Source: an uncultured delta proteobacterium
GTDB taxonomy: Bacteria; Myxococcota; Myxococcia; Myxococcales; Myxococcaceae
Assembly (NCBI GenBank): GCA_963713045.1
Contig: CAVQKE010000004.1
Location: forward strand, 576,001 to 640,000
Direction: 5' to 3'
Length of the DNA: 64,000 nt
Shown here in pieces: positions 38,174-47,229 of this stretch; position 1 is the stretch's first letter; each line of letters opens with the position of its first letter. Both the position numbers and the translations under genes were made by a program. The notes beneath the pieces were generated by a model. It was given only the letters and a program-made list of their open reading frames with translations, made no database searches and was not told where the DNA came from.

Positions 38174-41100
38174 CTACCGTCCGGAACGCCACGCCGCGGG
38201 GATGAGCCAGTAGAGCATCCCGTTGAGATCCGCCACCGTCAGGGCGACGAAAGGCGTGTTCCAGTTTCCCCCCGTCAGGTTCCGAAAACCGAAGGAGACG
38301 CCGAGCCTGTCCTGGAGGATGAGGATGTCGAACTCGACTCCGAACTCCGACCCGCCACTCCACGCCAGCGACCAGCGAGGCCCGGAGCCGATTCCAACCG
38401 GACCGAGATGGAGCACGCCCCGAACTCCAAGAGTGCTGGAGACCACGCCCGAGCTAAACTGGATGTCGACAACCTGAAGGGTCGAGTCAATCGAGAACCA
38501 GCGACCAAGCTGAAGGCGCGGCTCGAGCCAGCTCAGAGCGAGGCTGCCCCCCACGACGTCGAGTGCCACCCGGTAGGGCACGAGGTGCGCGAGGACGATG
38601 GGCAGGTACGACCCGTTGGCGATGGGCTGGAGGGGAATGGTCGAGGGATCGACCTGAAACAGGATTTTCCCCTCCTCCTCGGCGGCACGGCTCACCGTCT
38701 CTCCGGCGCCAATGAGCAGGTTGACCGCCTTGCCGGTGGTGGACGACGACGGGCCTTGGGCGACCTCAACCGCACCGGCCCGGTCGAGCGCCCTCTGGAC
38801 CGTCTGCGCCAGCCAGCGACCCTGGTCGGCGAGCGCCGCCTTCATCGCCTGGGACTCGGGCTGGTAGCCCTCAGCCTCGAGCCGTTCCAGGAACTGCTGG
38901 AAGCTGAGCTCTACGATGCACAGCGCTTCCTTAGCCGACGGCGTGCACGGCATGGCGGGTTCCAGAAGCACCTTCAGGGCGATGCCCATCGAGCCGAGCG
39001 AGCGCAGGTCTGGCGCCGGACCGAGCCAGCTCCATTCCGGGGTCGACGCGAACCGGTCCGCCGCGCTTGAGCTGCCGAGCCATGCGGCGAGCTCACGGCG
39101 GGCGAGCGCCCGCACCACGGGCCCTGCCCTCGGAGAGGTGAGAATCCGCAGATGCTCGACGAACGTCCCCATCGCCGCACCGATGCACGCCTGGGTCTGC
39201 TCCTGGGAAGCGTCCAGCTCCCCGGTCCCGTCCGCCTTGAGCACAGGCGACGGCCGGAAGGCGAGATACGGATCTTGCTCGGCACAGGCGAGTGTGGCCG
39301 TCGCTCGCAGCGCCTCATAGACCCCGGTGTAGTAGTCCAGCTCGCGGAGCGGAAGGTCCATGAACCCGGCGAAGTGTTCGAGGTTTGCGCCGGCGAGCGG
39401 ACTGAAGCGTGTGGCAACGACCATGCGCCGCTGGCCGCGGACATTCGATTCGATTTCCGCCGCCTCCCGGGCGAGCGACACCGCGGTATCGCTCAGGTTT
39501 GCGAGCCGAGGTCGGAGCTCACCGAGCGCCACCAGCTTTCCTGCTGCCTCGCGGACCGCCTCGGAGAGACCCGACGGCGGCACAGCGGCAAATGCATCCC
39601 GGAGAGGAACGAAGACTCCCCCAGTGAAGAGCTGTGTCGTCGGGGTGGTGGCGAGCGTGGACAGAATCTGCGCTGCCGCGTCGCGGACCCCAGGTGGGAC
39701 CTCCGGCCCGGTCAACTGCTGGAGCGCATCGGCAATGGTCCGACGGGAGATTTGGATAGCCCGGTCCGGTAGCGCTTTCACCGCCACTGCCGAGCGCAGA
39801 CAGGCGGCGCGCATCCGTCGCAGCAGATTCTCGTCCCCCACCACCTGAGCGAAGTGGAGCAGCTCGTCGGCGAGGAAGGCCACGCCCCCAGCGGCCACTC
39901 TCGACCGCGCGGCGAGGCCGGTTGAGGGTCCTATGGCGGCCAGCTCGTCGATAAAAGGCGGGACCGCTTCTGCGAGGCGGAGTGCCTCGTCGGGCGACAG
40001 GGGAACGGTGCCCACCGTACGGGCCTCGGGTGAGGGGGCAAGGCTACCCTCGCCCTCGATTGCCGCTGCGCAGCTATCCAGCTCCGCAGCCGTCAGAGGG
40101 TGGCGGCGAAGGCAACGGTCGAGCACGCGTCCGAACGCTCCGCGCTCGGCGCTCGCCGGCCTCCAGGTCGGGGGGCTCGGCTCGGTGGTCGCAACTCTCG
40201 CCTCCTGCAGTTGTGTGAGGAGCGAGCCATAGGAGGAAAGGGCCGATGCCGTTCGCCGGAGAAGCGAATCGGTGGTGAGATTCCAGCGCCGGGAAACGAT
40301 GGCCTCAACGAGACGCTGCTCGCGCGCCGTGTTCACCAAATCAGTGAACAGCGCCACCGTGTCGGTAATCCCTTGCGCGGCCCTCTCCGGCGCCGGGGGC
40401 GGGTCGAAGCGCGGTCGGCGCACCTCCGGGTCGACGAAGAAGACCGACAGCGGATGAAGGGGCCGCGAGGGAGCGAAGACTTCGGCCTGCTCCACGGCCA
40501 ACCCGATGGGTGCGTTGTCCAGGAATCCGCCATCGACGAAGTTGCTGCGACAGAGCTTGAACGGACGGCCTGCGCGGGCGGCGCTGTAGGCGGAACAGGT
40601 GAGGCTGCCGAGCGGCTTGCCCGGCACGGGACCCGGGCAATCTTTGGCGGTCACTTCGCGCTGGCCATCACCACACGACAGCCGGCATTCGCACAGGGGG
40701 CGCGCCCCGAAGGCCAGGGGAAAGGCCGCCGAGGCGAGCAGCGCCTGGATGGCCTCATCACCCGGCACGAACGGCCCCGAGGCGTCGATGGCTTCCGCCA
40801 GCGCCACGGTGTCCGCGACCGTCGGCGAGGACGGGAGGCCCAGGTCACGGCGGAGTCGAGCCACCCCGGTGCCATCCACCTCGAAGACCAGCGGCACCAC
40901 GGACTGCTGCGACTGAATGCGCAAACCAGAGACCGTCCTGAACTGCGGGACGACCCGTGTCAGGGTGAACCCGATGGGCACTCGGCACCCGGGCCGGAAG
41001 CGGATCCCACTCCCGGAGAAGATGCGGTCCCGAACGCTCGTGATGATTGGGTCGAACGCGGACGAGGCGAATAGGCCGTCCGCCGTGGTGTAAAGCTCCG

Positions 41101-41461
41101 GATTGCCGGGGAGGAGCTGGTCCATGCCGACGGAGAGCCACGAATCGCGGAGGAGGTTCTGATCCACCGAAAGGTCGCCGGTCTCGTCGTCTGCCTCGCA
41201 CCAGAAGGCGGCGGTCAGTAGGGAATTGACGCTCCCTGCTGAGGAGCCTGACAGCGCCTCGAGGCTTAAGTGCCGGGACCGCAACGGGTCCTGAAGCAAC
41301 TCGTTCTCCCGGATGAGCCGAAGCAACGTCCAGTTGACCGCCGCCTCGTATGTGCCGAGGCTCGCTGCGCCCTGCAGCGTGAGCGAGAACGGGTCGCTGC
41401 CGCTTGCAGGAGGTGATCCGGCGGCCACGACAATGAGCACGAGCAGCGCCGAGAGGTTCAC
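38174..41461 (-). CDS. large exported patatin-like phospholipase
   Basis: signal peptide, GAASLGTYEA, GSSAG nucleophile elbow, ASAAFPLAF, FVDGGFLDNAP; beta-strand-like C-terminus. Confidence 0.85.
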   Translation of the reverse strand: MNLSALLVLIVVAAGSPPASGSDPFSLTLQGAASLGTYEAAVNWTLLRLIRENELLQDPLRSRHLSLEALSGSSAGSVNSLLTAAFWCEADDETGDLSVDQNLLRDSWLSVGMDQLLPGNPELYTTADGLFASSAFDPIITSVRDRIFSGSGIRFRPGCRVPIGFTLTRVVPQFRTVSGLRIQSQQSVVPLVFEVDGTGVARLRRDLGLPSSPTVADTVALAEAIDASGPFVPGDEAIQALLASAAFPLAFGARPLCECRLSCGDGQREVTAKDCPGPVPGKPLGSLTCSAYSAARAGRPFKLCRSNFVDGGFLDNAPIGLAVEQAEVFAPSRPLHPLSVFFVDPEVRRPRFDPPPAPERAAQGITDTVALFTDLVNTAREQRLVEAIVSRRWNLTTDSLLRRTASALSSYGSLLTQLQEARVATTEPSPPTWRPASAERGAFGRVLDRCLRRHPLTAAELDSCAAAIEGEGSLAPSPEARTVGTVPLSPDEALRLAEAVPPFIDELAAIGPSTGLAARSRVAAGGVAFLADELLHFAQVVGDENLLRRMRAACLRSAVAVKALPDRAIQISRRTIADALQQLTGPEVPPGVRDAAAQILSTLATTPTTQLFTGGVFVPLRDAFAAVPPSGLSEAVREAAGKLVALGELRPRLANLSDTAVSLAREAAEIESNVRGQRRMVVATRFSPLAGANLEHFAGFMDLPLRELDYYTGVYEALRATATLACAEQDPYLAFRPSPVLKADGTGELDASQEQTQACIGAAMGTFVEHLRILTSPRAGPVVRALARRELAAWLGSSSAADRFASTPEWSWLGPAPDLRSLGSMGIALKVLLEPAMPCTPSAKEALCIVELSFQQFLERLEAEGYQPESQAMKAALADQGRWLAQTVQRALDRAGAVEVAQGPSSSTTGKAVNLLIGAGETVSRAAEEEGKILFQVDPSTIPLQPIANGSYLPIVLAHLVPYRVALDVVGGSLALSWLEPRLQLGRWFSIDSTLQVVDIQFSSGVVSSTLGVRGVLHLGPVGIGSGPRWSLAWSGGSEFGVEFDILILQDRLGVSFGFRNLTGGNWNTPFVALTVADLNGMLYWLIPAAWRSGR

Positions 41462-41769
41462 GCTCGCCCCCCTGAATGAGGCCGAACCGGGCGAAGGAAA
41501 CTAGCACGCGTCAGCGCGCCTGGTGGGAGCTTCGAGGCGCTCCTTCCAAACGGCTCAGAGCGACGGCGGTGCGCTCCCGATTCGGTGGGCCCGGGGGAGC
41601 CACTCTGGCGCTGGGGGCACCCGCATTTCTGGGGGTCAGGAAGGACGGGCAGAGCGCCATTCTCTACCCAACCCTGGAATTTTCCTCTAGACGTGGCATA
41701 CACCGGGTGTTGTCGGTCGCTGGACAGCGGAGCAGCCTGAATTGGCCACTCTTTTGGGGGAGTTGGGCG

Positions 41770-42561
41770 ATGGCGGAAGGACAGAACCCTCACTGGCGGA
41801 AAAATACCCGTGCCGGCGGAGGCGTGGGCCAGTCGGCTGACAGCAAGCTCCAGCCGCCGCTCGGAGGGCGACCGTCCCGAGGACGGTTGGGGCGCCTCGA
41901 GGTAGCGGCATGGCTCCTCGGCGTCGGCTTGCTGACTTTCGTGGGGGTGGTGAAGGTGGTCGGTAATTCCTCGAAGCAGCGGGAGGTGCGCCGGTTCGAG
42001 AGCGCACGCCAGGCAGAAATCTCGCCCGCCGCGCGTTCCTCCCTGAGCCTCGAAGCCCTGTCCGTCGACCAGTCACTGTGGGCGGAGGCGCGGACTCAGG
42101 CTTACGCGCGTGCGCTGAAGGAACCGGCACCGGCCGCTCTGGCCATCCTGCGGATTCCCCGCATCGGCCTGGAAGGACCCATCCTCCCCGGGACAGATGA
42201 GTGGACACTCGACCGGGGCCTCGGCTGGATTGAAGGCACCGCACGCCCCGGTGAGTCGGGCAACGTCGGCGTCGCTGGACACCGGGACGGCTTCTTCCGC
42301 GGCCTCAAGGACGCGAAGCCCGGAGATGCCATCGAGCTCACGACGCTCAGCGGTCAACAGGTCTATCGAATCGAGAGAATATTCCTCGTCTCGCCAGAGG
42401 ATGTGAGCGTTCTCTCGCCGAGCTTGGCCCCAACACTGACCCTAATCACATGCTTTCCCTTCTACTTCGTTGGCGCCGCGCCCCAGCGCTACGTGGTGCA
42501 GGCCGTTTTATCTTCACCGAAAGACGCCGCTCCGCGAGGCCCTGTAGCTTTCAAGGAGTAA
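41770..42561 (+). CDS. class D-like sortase
   Basis: N-terminal TM, LRIPRIGL, GNVGVAGHRDGFF (His), TLTLITCFPF (Cys), QRYVV (Arg). Confidence 0.92.
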   Translation: MAEGQNPHWRKNTRAGGGVGQSADSKLQPPLGGRPSRGRLGRLEVAAWLLGVGLLTFVGVVKVVGNSSKQREVRRFESARQAEISPAARSSLSLEALSVDQSLWAEARTQAYARALKEPAPAALAILRIPRIGLEGPILPGTDEWTLDRGLGWIEGTARPGESGNVGVAGHRDGFFRGLKDAKPGDAIELTTLSGQQVYRIERIFLVSPEDVSVLSPSLAPTLTLITCFPFYFVGAAPQRYVVQAVLSSPKDAAPRGPVAFKE

Positions 42562-42592
42562 CAGCTCAACCGAATCACAGGAGGGAGTCGAC

Positions 42593-43333
42593 ATGACAAG
42601 GCAGGCCAAAACAATCGCAGCAATCGCCGGAGCACTGCTTCTGGCTGGCCCTGCGATGGCTCAGGGACAACCGTCCGGTACCACCACCACCGGGACCACC
42701 ACCACCACCACCACCACAACCGTGCAGAGCGGCGTCGTCGTCTATGCTGCGGGGGATACCCTCATCGTCAAAGAGGCCGACGGGGTAACCCGCGAGCACA
42801 CTGTTCCCGACGGCTTCCACTTCCAGATGGGAGGGAAAAGCGTCACTCTGGCCGACCTCAAGCCCGGCGACCACATCACGGCCGTCATCACGGATGTGAG
42901 GGAAGTGACACCAGTCACCGTGACGAAGGTGGTGAAGGGGAAAGTCATCGAGTCGTCCATGGACTCGATTCTGGTGCAAAACCCCAACGGCGAGCTGGTC
43001 AAGTACTCGAACAAGGACGCCCAAGGTCGAGACGTCACCATCATCCAGAATGGGAAGGAAGTTAAGGTGAGCGACTTGCATGCGGGTGAGCGGCTGACCG
43101 CGACCATCGTCACCAAGTACCCGCCGCAGGTGACGACGATGAGGAAGGTTGACGCGCACGTGACACCGGCCGCTCCGGCCGCAACACCCGCTCCAGCACC
43201 GGAAGCGGTGGCAGCCGCGCCCGCCCCGAAGCATCTTCCGAAGACGGCAAGTCCGCTGCCGTTGGTGGCTCTCACCGGTGGGGTGCTTGCGCTGCTCGGC
43301 GCCGGCCTCACGCTTCGCCGGCTGTCTCAGTAG
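42593..43333 (+). CDS. sortase substrate (LPKTA) with two OB-fold-like repeats
   Basis: GGAGG RBS, signal peptide, poly-Thr, two related ~55-aa units, Pro/Ala linker, LPKTA + TM + RR. Confidence 0.85.
   Translation: MTRQAKTIAAIAGALLLAGPAMAQGQPSGTTTTGTTTTTTTTTVQSGVVVYAAGDTLIVKEADGVTREHTVPDGFHFQMGGKSVTLADLKPGDHITAVITDVREVTPVTVTKVVKGKVIESSMDSILVQNPNGELVKYSNKDAQGRDVTIIQNGKEVKVSDLHAGERLTATIVTKYPPQVTTMRKVDAHVTPAAPAATPAPAPEAVAAAPAPKHLPKTASPLPLVALTGGVLALLGAGLTLRRLSQ
42680..42722 (+). repeat. in-frame (ACC)n poly-Thr tract
   Basis: accaccaccacc ggg accaccaccaccaccaccacc acaacc = TTTTGTTTTTTTTT. Confidence 0.8.
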
Positions 43334-43648
43334 CTCTCGTCCGTCGGCCGCGGTCCAGGAATGCAGCGCAAACTTGCCCGCCAGGTGAGGAGGGTGAGGC
43401 CTGGCCAGCGCCCGGCGGTTCGAGGGGCTTCAACGCTTTGGACCTTGGGCGAAAGGTTGGCTATCTCTGCTTGCTGCACGCCCTTCGTCCGCCTCGGCGC
43501 AGACAGGGGCCAAGCCCTAGCCCCGGGTCTCCTGCGCCGGGCAACCTTGACCTTTCGCGCCACCCTGGTGCCCAAATTGCTGAAGTTTCGCTTTTCGGCC
43601 TAGGGTTTCGCGTCTCATTCTTGAGCTTCACAGCCCAGGGAGTTCCCT

Positions 43649-44281
43649 TTGGACTACTCGACTCGCCGTTGCCTCGCTCTCGCAGCATTCGCGCTTCTCG
43701 CGCTCGCTCCTGCCGCGGCTCGCGCTGACGACGCGAAGAACTCCTACATTGTCGTCAAGGGAGGGCCTTACTTCCCAACGGCGAACAATGCCTTTGATAT
43801 TCCAGGCTCCGAAGTCTTCAACTGGGGAACGTCATATACGATTGAGGGCGGCATCGGCGTGGACTGGGGCCTGCTGGGGCTGCAGCTGAGCGCGGGCTAT
43901 ATCACCACCGGCAGCACCACCACTGCCGCAGGCCAGACCAGCGCCAACGCCGTCCCCATCCTGCTCCTGGTGAGACTCCGGCTGCCGATTTTCTTTGTCG
44001 CGCCCTACCTGGAGGGCGGCGCCGGAGCCTCCATCGCGACCTCGACCGTTACCGCCGTCGTCAACGGCCAGAGCGTCTCCAACACCGAGATTGCGTTTGA
44101 AGCGGTCGGAGGTGCTGGCTGCGACCTGAATTTCGGCCCGCTACTGGTAGGCGCGGAGGTGCGCTACATCTGGCTCGAGCCCCAATTCACTTTCACCGGA
44201 GTCAACAACATCACGAGCCTCGCTCAGAAGCTGAACATGAGCGGCATTACCCTCGAGGCCTACATCGGCTACCGTTTCTAG
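43649..44281 (+). CDS. small outer-membrane beta-barrel (OmpW/OmpA-membrane-domain-like)
   Basis: signal peptide, PYLEGGAG, GAEVRYIW, C-terminal YIGYRF. Confidence 0.82.
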   Translation: MDYSTRRCLALAAFALLALAPAAARADDAKNSYIVVKGGPYFPTANNAFDIPGSEVFNWGTSYTIEGGIGVDWGLLGLQLSAGYITTGSTTTAAGQTSANAVPILLLVRLRLPIFFVAPYLEGGAGASIATSTVTAVVNGQSVSNTEIAFEAVGGAGCDLNFGPLLVGAEVRYIWLEPQFTFTGVNNITSLAQKLNMSGITLEAYIGYRF

Positions 44282-44369
44282 TGGCCGGCGCGAGGTCGGG
44301 GGTGCGCCTCCGGTGCAACCGGAACCAAGCACCCGAAGTCACCGATGTCGTAACTTCGGGGGCTCAGCC

Positions 44370-44411
44370 TGTCGGGGACGGGATTTGAACCAGCGACCAC
44401 TTGCGCCCCAA
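44370..44411 (-). repeat. degenerate duplicate of the tRNA-Pro 3' half (att scar)
   Basis: tgtcgggg--acgggatttgaaccagcgaccacttgcgccccaa matches 49736-49779 at 39 of 44 positions (2-nt gap, 3 mismatches). Confidence 0.88.
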
Positions 44412-44711
44412 TTGGTGGATGTCGCTCTGAAGGACAGCCATCGTATTTCATTTCAGATACTTACGAAGTGTGAGCAAGGTTTCCAAGCTCCTCCAAGACT
44501 CTCTACGAAGCAACCGGGATGCAACCGCAGGACACCGGCGGCAGCACGTGCGGTGACGTCCCCCAGGAGCCATGGACTCCGTGTTGCAACTGACTGCTCC
44601 CTCCATCGCGGGGTGGAGAGGTGCGCGACCCCGCCCATCCCGGTGTTGGCCCCGGGGTGCTCGTCACCCTCGACGCTCTGCCAAAGCCTCTACCGGTTCG
44701 AACGGAAAGCT

Positions 44712-45458
44712 TCAGCTTCCCGTGGTGCCTGGGGCGCCGCCATTGTGCTTTGCTTTGCTCGCCGCGCCCGCCAGGCGATGGACCAAGTCGGTGTCTCGCG
44801 CCAGGTCGCTGGCCTCCCCGGCATACACGACCCGACCGTCATCGAGCACATAGGCACGGTCGGAGATTGAGAGCGAGAGCGGGGCGTTCTGCTCGACGAG
44901 AAGCACCGAGACGCCCTCAGCGCGCATGCGACGCACGACCTGGATGACCTCCCGGACGATGAGTGGCGCCAGCCCCTGGGAGGGTTCATCAAGAAGCATC
45001 AGGCGCGGGTTGAGGAGCAGCGGACGCCCGATCGCTAGCATTTCCTGCTCGCCGCCGGACAACTGCCCGGCAAGCTGCATCCGCCGCACGGCGAGTTGCG
45101 GGAAAAGACCGAACACACGTTCGAGCGTCCACTGGCCCGGCTGACCTCGGGGGACCTTGAGGTTTTCGAGAACCGTGAGGCCAGCGAAAATCTTGCGCCC
45201 CTCAGGAACGTAGCCAGTTCCGAGTTGCGCAATACGATGTGCGGGCCAGTGGCTAGTCTGATGGCCTAGGATTTCGATGACTCCGGCCCGTGGCGGGGTG
45301 AGTCCGATGAGGCTGCGCATCAAGGTCGTCTTGCCGGCACCGTTGCGCCCAAGCACCGTGACGATTTCGCCTTCGTTCACCTGTAGGGAAACGCCGTGCA
45401 AGATATGGCTCTTCCCATAATAGGTATGGATGTTCTCGACCTTGAGAGCAACAGTCAC
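44712..45458 (-). CDS. livF: branched-chain-amino-acid-type ABC ATPase (LivF-like)
   Basis: GRNGAGKTT, LSGGEQEML, LLDEPSQGLAP, LLVEQN. Confidence 0.9.
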   Translation of the reverse strand: MTVALKVENIHTYYGKSHILHGVSLQVNEGEIVTVLGRNGAGKTTLMRSLIGLTPPRAGVIEILGHQTSHWPAHRIAQLGTGYVPEGRKIFAGLTVLENLKVPRGQPGQWTLERVFGLFPQLAVRRMQLAGQLSGGEQEMLAIGRPLLLNPRLMLLDEPSQGLAPLIVREVIQVVRRMRAEGVSVLLVEQNAPLSLSISDRAYVLDDGRVVYAGEASDLARDTDLVHRLAGAASKAKHNGGAPGTTGS

Positions 45459-46270
45459 CCGGCATCTCCCAGATAGGCAGCGCGAACCCGCTCGTTAGCC
45501 GAGATTTCTTCCGGCAGTCCCTCGGCGATCGTGCGGCCCTGGTCGAGCACTGTGATGCGTTGAGCAATCCCAAAGACAATATCCATATCGTGCTCAATGA
45601 AAAGGATGCTCAACCCGTATTCTGTGTGCAATCGCCGAACGAGTCCGACCATGTGTTCCGTTTCCGCATCGCTCATCCCTGCGGTCGGCTCGTCGAGCAG
45701 TAGAAGCCTCGGCCTCATGCAGAGAGCCAGCGCGATTTCAACCGAGCGCTGGTCGCCGTGCGCCAGTTCACCCACGACGCGGTTCGCCTTACGGGTGAGG
45801 TCCACTGCCTCCATTACCTCCGCGACTCGACGGTCGAGCGCTTCACGGGCGCTTCGTAGAAGCCATGGCCGCCGATTGACGCCGCTCGCCGCTTCGACGG
45901 CGACCCGGATGCTTTCGAACACACTCAGGTCGGGAAACACTTCGGTGATCTGAAAGGTCCTTACGATGCCGCGAGCGACGCGTCCGACCACGGTGCTATG
46001 GCTGATGTTCTCTCCGTCGAACCAGATCTCACCGGCGGTGGCGGGAAAAAATCCGCTGATGAGGTTGAAAAACGTGGTTTTGCCGGCGCCGTTCTGCCCG
46101 ATGACGGCCCGTAGCTCCCCCCGGGACATCCCAAACGACACATCATCGACCGCACGGAGCGCACCGAAGTGGCGGCTAACATGCTCGAGGCGCAGCAGTT
46201 CTGCGCTACGTGCCGTGGCACCCCCAGAGGTTGCGACGAGCGTCCCACGGTCGGTCGCGCCCCAGCTCAC
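45455..46270 (-). CDS. livG: branched-chain-amino-acid-type ABC ATPase (LivG-like)
   Basis: GQNGAGKTT, RTFQIT, LLLDEPTAGM, IEHDM, VRAAYLG; GTGA overlaps on both sides. Confidence 0.9.
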   Translation of the reverse strand: MSWGATDRGTLVATSGGATARSAELLRLEHVSRHFGALRAVDDVSFGMSRGELRAVIGQNGAGKTTFFNLISGFFPATAGEIWFDGENISHSTVVGRVARGIVRTFQITEVFPDLSVFESIRVAVEAASGVNRRPWLLRSAREALDRRVAEVMEAVDLTRKANRVVGELAHGDQRSVEIALALCMRPRLLLLDEPTAGMSDAETEHMVGLVRRLHTEYGLSILFIEHDMDIVFGIAQRITVLDQGRTIAEGLPEEISANERVRAAYLGDAG

Positions 46271-47229
46271 GCCGACCTCGTGCCGCGGGCGACCATGCCA
46301 AGTAGCCCTTTCGGGAAAAGGAGCACGATCCCGATGAAGATTAAGCCGATGAAAGTCATCCAATTGCCGGTAATGCTCGAGAGATAATCCTGCGCCACCA
46401 CGAAAATCGCCGTGCCGACAAGCGGCCCCCAAAAGTTTCGCATCCCGCCGAGCACGATCATCATCACGAAGTCGCCGGAGAGGATCCAGTGCAGGTCTTG
46501 GGGCGAGGTGAAGTTGAACAGCAGGGCGTTAAGCGTGCCCGCGAGCCCGGTAATCAGGCCGGCGACGGCGAATGAGGCCCACACGTAGAGATCCGTCCGA
46601 ACTCCAAGAAACTCCATCCGCCGCCGATTTTCGCGGATAGCGACCCAGGTATGGCCAAGGGGCGACTCGAGCACGGCGCGCATGGTGGCGACACCAACGG
46701 TGAAACAAAACAACACCAAGTAGTAGAAACGGCTCTGGTCGAGAGCTAAAACGAAGTGGCCGAAATGAAGAGGCTGCCGTTCGAAGCCGGCAAGCCCATC
46801 TTCGCCGCCGGTGACATTGTCCCAGCGTACCGCCAAGAAATAGAAGAGTTGGCCAATGGCGATGGTGATCATGGCGAAGTAGATGCCTCGCCGACGCATC
46901 ACGAGCGGCCCCAACATCGCGGCGGCGACTCCTCCTGCGACCGTGCCAACAATGATGGCGAGGGGCGTGCTTGGAGCGATGTATTTGAGCGTCATACCGG
47001 CGCCGTAGGCGCCGATGCCGAAGTAGGCTGCCTGCCCGAACGAGAGGCCTCCGGTGAAGCCGAAGATAATATTCAGACCCATGGTTGCCAGCCCATAGAT
47101 GAGAATTTTGGAGCCGAGTGCGGAGTAACTGCCAACCAAGCGGATCCACCAGGGCAGGGTCAGCAACCCCGCCCAAAGGAGGATGAGAATCCCGTAGCGC
47201 CGTATCCTCCGGGCGATCCGGAAATTCAT
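46267..47229 (-). CDS. livM: branched-chain-amino-acid-type ABC permease (LivM-like)
   Basis: GFTGGLSFGQAAYFGIGAY, GIYFAMIT, TGGEDGL, AIREN, VLGGM. Confidence 0.9.
   Translation of the reverse strand: MNFRIARRIRRYGILILLWAGLLTLPWWIRLVGSYSALGSKILIYGLATMGLNIIFGFTGGLSFGQAAYFGIGAYGAGMTLKYIAPSTPLAIIVGTVAGGVAAAMLGPLVMRRRGIYFAMITIAIGQLFYFLAVRWDNVTGGEDGLAGFERQPLHFGHFVLALDQSRFYYLVLFCFTVGVATMRAVLESPLGHTWVAIRENRRRMEFLGVRTDLYVWASFAVAGLITGLAGTLNALLFNFTSPQDLHWILSGDFVMMIVLGGMRNFWGPLVGTAIFVVAQDYLSSITGNWMTFIGLIFIGIVLLFPKGLLGMVARGTRSA

Noticed and set aside
36588..38363. 591-aa minus-strand ORF and similar long shadows (e.g. 11448-13370, 3530-4888, 58052-59128)
   Set aside because: Antisense to well-supported genes; expected from GC3 codon bias; no motifs
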